From contig DAOUKI010000119.1 of NCBI GenBank assembly GCA_034421495.1, forward strand, positions 1-45,999: a stretch of 45,999 nt of DNA. The letters run 5' to 3'. The notes under the pieces were generated by a model, which was not told where the DNA came from, ran no database searches, and saw only the letters and a list, made by a program, of their open reading frames with translations. The DNA is from Dehalococcoidia bacterium (lineage in GTDB: Bacteria; Chloroflexota; Dehalococcoidia; Lucifugimonadales; QGNO01). Shown here in pieces: positions 1 to 9,600 of this stretch; position 1 is the stretch's first letter; each line of letters begins with the position of its first letter. Position numbers and translations under genes: made by a program.

Positions 1-2
1 CG

Positions 3-263
3 GCCTACTACAACCGCGACCTGTCCCGCGACATCGCCAAAATCCTTCCCTACGGGCTGCTGGGCATCTTCCTGGTGAACTTCGCCGAGTTCGACTTCCA
101 GAAGTCCATCGACGTGCTGGACGGTTTCGGCGCCGAGCAAGAGATGGCCTTCTGGTACTGGGTGTACATCTCCGGCCAGGAGCTGGTGTTGCGGGTTACC
201 CAGCCGGTGGTCAGCAACGCGTACGGCTTCGTGAAGTCGAAGTTCCAGCGCCCGACGAGGTAG
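3..263 (+). CDS. 3' end of an unidentified protein-coding gene (partial; continues beyond the left edge)
   Basis: Frame 3 is open from the window edge to TAG 261-263; the ORF track shows only the Met-initiated part 75..263. The translation ...AYYNRDLSRDIAKILPYGLLGIFLVNFAEFDF...SKFQRPTR contains one hydrophobic stretch. No family recognised by eye. Confidence 0.35.
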   Translation, partial: AYYNRDLSRDIAKILPYGLLGIFLVNFAEFDFQKSIDVLDGFGAEQEMAFWYWVYISGQELVLRVTQPVVSNAYGFVKSKFQRPTR

Positions 264-615
264 CCGGGATTCCCGGTGGTGCGTCGGCCAGACGACTCCT
301 CGGCTTGCGCACCTCCGCCCTGTTGAGCCATACTACTCGTGACCGAGGGCCTGCTAGGCTGCCAGCTTCCCCAACCACATCTCGAAGACGGTGCCATCTA
401 CCGTCCCCTCAGGCCCACCACTATACAACTCCTCCCTGTCCCCAGTGGTCCATAATGTCCCCAGTCTATGCCTGAGAGATGCCTTCGATGCTTGTTCGGT
501 TCCGATTCATCGGACGTCATCTGGGATATCGTAGTCTCTGAAGCCGGTGCTGAATTGAGTGAGTCATTGGAAACTCGCTGATGCTTGGTCAGCTTCTGCA
601 AGTGTTCAGTGAGAA

Positions 616-624
616 TGATATACT
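616..624 (+). promoter_or_regulatory. Candidate extended -10 promoter element (TGaTATACT) upstream of the giant operon
   Basis: TG-a-TATACT lies at 616-624, about 72 nt upstream of ATG 696, in a locally AT-richer 430-nt non-coding stretch. No convincing -35 was seen. Motif match only. Confidence 0.25.
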
Positions 625-695
625 CGTGCCAAATCCACGCCTTCCCACAAACCCAATTCACGACTGCCGGAAAAGGGTGTGAATAGGATAGCGGC

Positions 696-3600
696 ATGCG
701 CAGGTTGACCAAGAACCTAGCGGAACTGATGTCTGGCAACCCGTCGCGGCAAGCCGGTCTGGTTCTTATGCTCACTGTGGCGTTGGCGGGGTTCTTTCTT
801 CTCATAGAATTCCTGGCGTCCCTGCTCTCCTCCGGCCCTCAAGATATCTTGGCGGTGGCGCCAGGGCAGGAGGCCACATTCGGGCTGCCCAACAGTGTTG
901 GGTTACTTGAGGCCGGAGTTCTTGTCCTATCTCTCGCAGTAGCCCTTGCTGTCCTCATAGCCTCAGTACGGTGGCCACTGGCAAGGGCATCGTTCAGGCC
1001 ATATTTGTCTCTCATATTGGCTATTCTGTTCGCAATCACCCTAGTCGGCGTCGGTGTGTACCTCGCCTTCTCGGATATGCTTGGGCAGGGGCTAGATTAC
1101 AGCGAACATACAGTCGATCGATCTATCCTGAAACCGGCAGGCTTGGCAGTGCTTGCCCTCATTTCTCTAACCCTGATCGTTGCCGGGTTCATCAACCGGT
1201 ACGCTCTGGCGCTGCTCGTTGTGGCCTGGGTGTCCGCTGCCGCAATATTCGGGTTCCTGGATATACGATCCTTGCATGGTTTGCATCTGTTCGAGCGTCC
1301 GGACAGGCTGGAGACGCCTAGTACCTACACCGAGATCGTCAAAGATTTTCAACGCCCGGATGCCTTGCCGGTTGAAGCGGGCACCTTGCCGGTCGAAATC
1401 GAGGTCCCGCATCAGCAGGACGCTCCTACATTCGTCATCTCTGTCACGGCTGAGCAGTCCGAGGTGCCGATTCCGGAGCCTGTGTTCTGGGTCTCGGGAG
1501 CGGACCACACTACCTACCTCCGAACTGCCACCGGTGACGTGTACGAGCAGGGCAGGTGGTGGCAAGTGGATCCGCTGCACCTTCTGGTAGAGGATGACGG
1601 TTCTATACCTGAGAATGTTGTTGCCGCTATAGAAGAGGCGAGAGCTGAGCCGGCAGGATCTTTGCCGCCGGAGCGCTTGGACGCTTCGCTCCTTGCTTGG
1701 TCCACAGTGGAGCCAGTCGAGTCCGTGTGGGATTTGATAGCCATTACAGCCTTCTACGAGGGGACCGCGTTTAGCGATGGTGTCGTGCCCAACGTCAATC
1801 ACCTGGTGGGCGTGAACACTCCGGCAGCGTACTATCCGTTCAGCGCCACCTTGCGTCTGGAGGGGCCGGTCCACAGATATCAACTTGCGATGTCCATCCC
1901 CCATTTTGATCCCGACGACGTATTGGGTGCTGCACCGAGCAAGGATTTCTTGTACCTACATCTTCCAGAAGACCTGCCAGCGCGCGTGCTAGAGCTTGCT
2001 GAGCAATTCAAGGGTGATGAGTCCCCGTATGTTAGAGCTAACCAGATAAACCGTTACTTGCGGGAGAAATTCGCATTTTCCACCCTTGAGCCAGATGAGG
2101 AGTCTATTGAACGCCCTACGGGCCGCGACCCGGTTGATTGGTTTCTCTTTGAGCGCCCCGTTGGCGATAGCGCCAACTTCAGCAGCGCCTTTGTGATCCT
2201 GGCGCGTGCAGCCGGGATACCGGCAAGAGTGGTCTCCGGGTGGGCCATAAAGAGAGATGCGGGGCATCAAGTTGTTACCGCCGATCAGGCGCATCAGTGG
2301 GCAGAGATAGCCCTGGATGGCATTGGCTGGGTCACCTTTGATCCGACACGCCAGGACGCCTCTCCACTCAGAGGGGAGGATCAATCACTGCCGTCACTGC
2401 TAGAGGAGCTGACCGACAGCGAAGACCCGGGTATCCGTGAGGACGCCGCACACACCCTTGGCGACCTCGGTGAAGCTGAGGCTCTGCCCGCGTTGTTGGA
2501 TGCCTTCCGCAACGATGGGTCAGCAGCCGTCCGGCTGGCCGCGGGGACGGCCATTCACAAGATAGGAATAGAGGACCTGATTCGTATTCTGCTGTACCAC
2601 GAAGATCCGCCGGTGAGGGCAGCGGCGGCGGAAGCCCTGGGGGCCTTTCGCGTTTCCGAGGCCGTTGATGTGCTGCTTCAAGCGTTGTCGTCGGATGTGG
2701 ACGCGCGGGTCAGGACGGCGTCGATCAGGGCATTGGAGGAGATAAGCGGTGAAGCAGCTGAGATAGGTGTGTTGCAGGCGGCGTTGGAGGATGAGGAGGT
2801 CAGTGTTAGGGAAACAGCGGTTCGTGCTCTGGGCAATATGAAGGCACAGTGGACGGCGGAGGAAATCGTGACCCTGCTCAGGGAGGATACCAACGCTGTG
2901 ATACGCGAGGCTGCTGCCTGGACGCTGGGAGAGCTAAAGGAAGCCGTTGCCCTACAGCCCCTGATTGACGCTAGGGATGACCGGGTGGAGGCGGTCAGAG
3001 AGGCGGCAGCGGAAGCCTTGCGGAAATGGCTCATACCCGATTTGGCAGCCATTCTGCAGGAGGCCGATGACCCGGTGCAACGAGCGGCTGTCGCCAAGGT
3101 TCTTGGTGAGACTGGAGAGATAGCTGCGGTGCCGCCATTGAACTGGGGATTGAACGATCCTGTTGACGACGTAAGGAGTGCAGCGTCCGATGCACTGAAT
3201 TCCATGGGGGAAATCACCATCTTAGAAAATGGAAGCGGGCTCTTGACCGCTGGCAGGGGCAGAGCATTCGTCTCCGGTACTACCACACAGGCGCGGCCTC
3301 AATCTCCCGTGACTCCCATCTTTGCCGTAGAGGGCGCCGCCCACACCAGATATCTCCGAACCGGCGTCGGCGACATCTACGACAACGGTCGGTGGCTTGC
3401 GGAAGAGCAAACCGGCTTCCCCTACGAGAGTACCTCCGACATTGTTTCCTCCACAGTTGAGGCAGTTGAAACTCATAGGGAAGAAATTACCGTCTCAGGC
3501 TTGGACAGCAGTCAGCTCATACCGGCGGGGATAGTACCCACGTCCAAGCTCTTGCAACGGGTTGGAGTCAGTGGGACGTTCTGGCAACCGAGCGCTACGT

Positions 3601-6600
3601 TTTCCCGTCATTCCTTTAGTAACAGATACACTTGGTATTCGATTGTAGATGAGTATTCCGAGGCCCGACTCAACGCTGCTGGGAAAGCAACCGGCTTGGC
3701 CAACGCCCCGTACATCTCGCTCCCGGAATGGGCACGTAGCGGCCGCATCTACGACCTAGCCATTGAGATCACCGCAGGGCATTCGACTCCTTACTCACAG
3801 GCTAAGGCAATTGAGCGATACCTGAGGACGGAATACGCTTACCGAGCCCCCGAAACGTCACGTGACGGGGCGCCACCAGCGGGGCAGGACCCGGTGGACT
3901 GGTTCCTATTTGACAAACGGGAGGGCACGTGCGGCAACTTCAGCAGCGCCTTCGTCTTCCTTGCCAGGGCCATAGGCCTACCGGCCAGAGTGGTTTCCGG
4001 CTGGGCAATAGGGATAACGCCCAGCCGGCAGACTGTCTCTTCTGACCAGGCACATCAGTGGGCCGAGGTAGCGTTCGAGGGACTGGGATGGATAGATTTC
4101 GATCCTACGCCTGGGGGGCCGCGGGCGCGCGCCGCTCTGGAGACTCTGTCCGGAGGGAACCCGGATGCGATAGAAGACGCTCTGGAAGCATTGGAGGAAG
4201 CCGGCGAAGAGGTGGTCAGACTAGAAAACGGCGGGGCAATACTGGAGAAGGGTGGCGAACGGTACTTTATCCCAGGCACCACTACCGCGCCGTCGTCTGG
4301 GATACCGGAAACCCCTCTATTTCAGATAACCGGCGCGGCCAATACCGGCTATCTTCGCACCTCGGTAGGTGATTTGTATCAGGGTGGAGGTTGGAGGCAG
4401 CTCGATCCGGTGAGCGTCGACGTAGTTCCTGACACCAGTATCTCAGGCGCCACTTGGACTCAATACAGACAACCTGACAGTGAATTTGGCCAGTTGCCTC
4501 CGCAAAGACGAAGTGATGTGTCCCTCTTTGGCTTCAGGACGGGTGGGCATGTCAGCCGGACGGACAACATCCAAATGACACCGATAGAATCAACAGGGAA
4601 CCTGCCAATTGGCCGTGCCCCAATATCACCAGACCTGCAACGGACAGAGAGACAAGGCGTCTACTATCCCTTTAGCTCAACGTTTCGTTTGCACGAAGAA
4701 GTGTCCACCTTTTCCTGGACATCCAGCATTGTGTCCTATCGGGCTCAAGATCTCGAGCAGGCCAATGTTGCGGATGACCCCACGTACCTTCAGCTTCTGC
4801 CAGACATGCCGCCACGCATCAAGGAACTGGCCGAGCAGATCACCTCCGGCTATACCTCGCCGTATGCCAAGGCCAAGGCGCTGGAAGCGTACTTAAAGAC
4901 CGAGTATACCTACAGGCTTGCCGATAGTCTCGACGATTTTCCTCCACCGGGCCGCGACCCAGTCGACTGGTTCCTGTTTGACCATCGTGAGGGCACGTGC
5001 GGCGTGTTCAGCAGCGCCTTCGTCGTGATGGCCCGCTCCGTGGGCATCCCGGCCAGGGTAGTCTCAGGCTGGGTCGTATCCCAAACGGCAGGCACACAGA
5101 CCGTCCGCGCCAACCAAGCGCACCAATGGGCGGAGGTAGCGCTTGAAGGGATTGGATGGGTCTCGTTTGAGCCCACACCACCAGGGGGCGCTCCATCGCG
5201 GGCACAGGATGGCTTGGACTCTGAGGCGGTAGCAGACGTTCTGGGGGCCTTGGATGAGGGGGATCCTGAGGCGATATCGGATGCTCTGGAGGCCCTGGTT
5301 GAAGGGGGGTCAAGTGGGGGAGGCTCAGGAGAGTTAGAAGACCCGCTGGAAGCCTTGGAGGAAGCCGGGGTGGACGTGGTTAGGCTGGAGAACGGCGGGA
5401 CTATCATCTCCGAGGATGAGAACAGCTTCTCGAATCCCGGTACGACGACAGAGCAGGCTTTCAAGCCCCCACACATTCCTGTCTACATCGTCAGCGGCGC
5501 CGACGGCACGTCTTACCTGCGCATGGCCACAGGCGACGTGTATGAGGAGGGCGGCTGGCGGCAACTGGATCCTATCCGTATTGAGGAGCGTCCCCAAGAG
5601 CGCGTGCCCGAAGCGCTGCAGAGGGAGTACACAAGCGGCGCGTTCAGCACCTTGCCCCCAGAAAGACGCAGCGACCCTGCGTTCTTCGGTATCAGAGATA
5701 GCGACACTCAAGAGAGCGAGGTCTTGATCCGCGTGCAATCAGCGAATCCGGATAGGCCCATTCCGGCCGGGGTCATACCCGTTTCGCCCGACCTGCAGGA
5801 CTTCCGGCATGACGAAGTCTACTATCCCTACAGCGGCACCCTCCGCACGCCGCACCGGAAGTCGGACTATTGGTACCTTACCAAAGTGCAGCACTTCACA
5901 CTCGGCCAACTTCGCCGGGCAGATGCCGCATCCGACCCCACGTACCTCCAACTCCCGCCGGACCTGCCGGACCGCGTCCGGCAATTGGCCGAGCATGTCA
6001 CTCAAGGCCACACCACGCCTTACGAGAAGGCGCGGGCGCTGGCAGTCTACCTCAGAACAACCTACCCATACCGCTTCGCAGACGGCCCGGAGGACAGGCC
6101 TCCCCCCGGCCACGACCCGGTCGACTGGTTCCTCTTCGACCATCAGGAGGGCACATGCGGAGTGTTCAGCAGCGCCTTCGCAGTCATGGCCCGCGCCGCC
6201 GGCATCCCCGCCCGGGTCGTCTCTGGCTGGCCAGTCATCCCCACCCCCGACCTGCAGACCGTATACACAGATCAGGCGCACCAGTGGGCGGAGATTGCGT
6301 TGGAGGGCATAGGCTGGGTGACGGTTGAGCCAACGCCATCCGACGGTGCACCGTTACGGGCCCGCAACTTTGCCGGAGGGAACGTTCCTAACCCACCTGT
6401 TATATCGGGTGGCGGCCCCAACCCTGGAACCACGGTTTTGCAACCAGTGCAAACCTACACCGCCATCACCCAATCGCCCGCTGAGGTACGAGGGGGGCAA
6501 GCGTTCATGGTCAGTGGCACAGTGAGCACCGCCGCGGGCCACGCCGTGGACGACATGCGCGTGGAGATCTTCGCCAACAAGACCCAAGAGCGTGGGGGCA

Positions 6601-9600
6601 GGCTGATTGGGATCGCTGTGACCCGCTCCGGGAGTTGGAGCACCGCAGCCCAAATGCACCTCGACATGGAGGCAGGCACATACCAACTCCTCGCCCGGGC
6701 GGCAGATAACGACGACTTTGGCCAGTCTTGGAGTGAGCCGGTCATCGAGATAAAGCTACGACAAGACACCGTGACCACGATCACTGAGTGGCCCGCCGAG
6801 GCCCGGTGGGAAGAACCGTTAACCGTGGCCGGTACAGTCAACACCATGGGTGGCCTTCCGGTAAGCGATATGTGGGTAGAGGTCTATGCTAACAAGACCC
6901 AAGAGCACGGGGGCAGGCTGATTGGGACCGCTGTGACCCGCTCCGGGCGTTGGAGCGTTGAAGTCCGAATGCCCCGTAACATGGAGACGGGCACATACCA
7001 GCTCTTCGCCCGGGCGGTAGAGGACAGCCGCTACAACGAATCTTGGAGTGAGCCGGGCATCGAGATGAAGCTAGGACAAGACACCGTGACCACGATCACC
7101 CAGTCGCCCACCGAGGTCCAGCGGGAGCAGCCGTTGACCGTGGCCGGTACGGTTAACACCGTCAGTGGGAGTCCGGTAAACGATATGAGGGTCGAGGTCT
7201 ATGTGAACGAGACCAAGGAGCACGGGGGCACGCTGATTGGGACCGCTGTGACGCATTCCGGGCAATGGAGCGCTGAAGTCCGAATGCCCGGCGACATGGA
7301 GCTAGGCGCATACCAACTCCTAGCTCGCGCTGTGGAGAACGACCACTTTTACGAGTCTTGGAGCGACCCAGACATCACAGTATACTCGGGGAGCGGCCTA
7401 GAGTTGACCGGTCCGACTACAGTTACGGTGGAAGACGACGCGGTGTTTGTCGGCCGGCTCTCGGATGACAGAGGCATGGGTTTGGAGGACCGCGAGGTAG
7501 TCGTATCTGTCGACGGGACCGTAACGGATTCGATCATGACCAGTCCCCAAGGCACCTTCACCTTCACGTTAGCCTTCTCTGAGTTGGGGCGGCACTGGGT
7601 TGATGTGGAGGTTGCCGAGATGGACTTTGTGCTGGGCAACAGCGTACGCATCGGCGTAGACGTGACGCTCCCGACTAAGATCACCCTTGAAGCCTCGGTC
7701 TCCGTGGAGATCGGCGAGGAGTTCCAAGTAACCGGCACGCTCCTGAGTGTGCGAGGAGAGGCCCTTGCGGATCGTCCTGTCGTTGTTAGTATTGGGGGGA
7801 GCCTCAAGCGACACCCCTTCACGGACGACGACGGAGCATTTGAGGTCCAGGGCAGATTGGGTACCCCAGGAGTCTACATTGTGCGCGCCGAGTTCGATAG
7901 AGACAACTGGGTGCTGGCTTCCACGGCTACTGCACGGTTGTTAGTCCGTGAGAGAGCGCTCCTGACTTTCGACGGGCCGAGCACCATTGATCTGGGAAGC
8001 GGTGGAATGTTCAGTGGCCTCCTAACCACCGCTGCGGGTGTGCCCATCCGCCAGTCGGCGCTGAGCATCGTTGATGCTAGCGACGCTGAGCTTGCCACGG
8101 TGACCACGGATGATGATGGCAGGTTTGAGTACCAGCATTCGTCCTTCCTCCAGACGGGACCGCAATCGATTACGGCCCGGTACCCAGGCGCAGACCTGGT
8201 ATTGCCAAGCTCGGCTAGGATTGCCTTCTCCGTGTTAGCTCAGACCTCTATGAATCTTGAGCTTCCAACTATTGCAAGAGACGGTGATTCGTTTATGTTG
8301 CATGGAAGCCTGAGAGACATCAACGGTGATCCGGTGCCGAATGTTGAGGTGGAGATTAAGGACGTGGGTACACGCACGCTGATGACCGATGCGGACGGCA
8401 AATTCAGTTGGGAGACCGTTGCCACGTTTGACGAAGGGGTAGCGGAGTCGGCTCACGAGTCTCACCTCTCCGTGGAGGTCTTCTTCTCTGGCACTGACCA
8501 CATGGCGCCATCTGCTGCATCTGCTGAAGTTGCTATTGGTGTTCCACGGATCCTTTTGGAGCCGTTGGAGCCTGTGGCGCGCGGAGACGCCGTTACTTTG
8601 CGAGGAACAGTGCTGCTGGGCAACCGCCCCATGACAGGCATAGATCTGGACGTGGCCGAACAAGACAGCGTACAGTCCGGCGCTGCCGGCGAATTCGCCT
8701 ACCGCTACCAGGTAGCCAGCGACCTTCCGCTTGGAACCAGCGATGTAACAGTCACCGCATCCGCTCTCGATGTAAGCGCTAGTGTGCCCCTGGAGGTCAG
8801 ATCCGCCGTAAGCATTGTTGTTACTCCAGTTGGGGAAGTCCGTCCCGGTAAAATGACGCTTCTACAGGCTGCACTACAGGACGACCGGCGGGCGCCTATC
8901 GCTGGCGCCGCTGTGCGTTCCGACGACGGCGTGGAGGTTGTAACAGATGACCTTGGCGTCGCGTTACTAGAACTTACGGTGCCTGACGATGAAGATGCTT
9001 CGGCCTTCTTTATCACTTTGACCTTTGACGGCAACGACCAGCACATGCCTCGCACATATTTTGTCGGTGTCCCACTCTCCCCGTCGGCTGGACTTAACTG
9101 GTTCTTATGGGCTGGCGCCGCAAGCGGTGTTGCCGTACTTGTTGCCGCTGTCTACACAGGAAGGAAGGTGCGCTATGTGCCGCTGCCAGCCCTCCTCCGA
9201 CGGCGTAGGGTGACCGCGTCGCCTGAGGCAGAGTCGGCCTCTGCCCTAGGTGCGGAAGACCTCACCCAAGAAGAGCCAACCGAGCCTGGCGCGCAGGTCA
9301 CTCTGGAAGTGGGTTTCAATAAGGCGGCGGATCTGCCTGACGTCTGGGGCGTGGGTGAGGACGTCACAATCACAGTGACAGTTCTTGACGTCGAAGGACA
9401 GGCCAGAGCCAGCACAGAGATCGTGGTTGCTGTGGCAGACGAAGAGCCGATGGCGCTAGTAAGTGGCGACGATGGGGCTTGCACCTTGCACTGGACCGCC
9501 TCCGAACTGGGTCAACACACGGTGTCGGCAGCGTTCGCAGGTGACGAGGATCACCCGCCTGCCTCTGAATCTCGGAACTTCCGGGTGGTAGATTTCAGGG

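Noticed and set aside
50-805. Minus-strand ORFs 50..397 (115 aa) and 398..805 (135 aa) upstream of, or overlapping, the giant gene start
   Set aside because: Their composition is Arg/Ser/Pro-rich and low-complexity, as expected from antisense or off-frame reading of GC-rich DNA. They overlap better-supported features and show no recognisable motifs or SD.
6450-7391. Tandem 315-nt repeats as a CRISPR array, satellite or mobile-element repeat
   Set aside because: The units are contiguous with no spacers, exact multiples of 3, in frame with the giant ORF, and they encode a coherent beta-sandwich-like domain.
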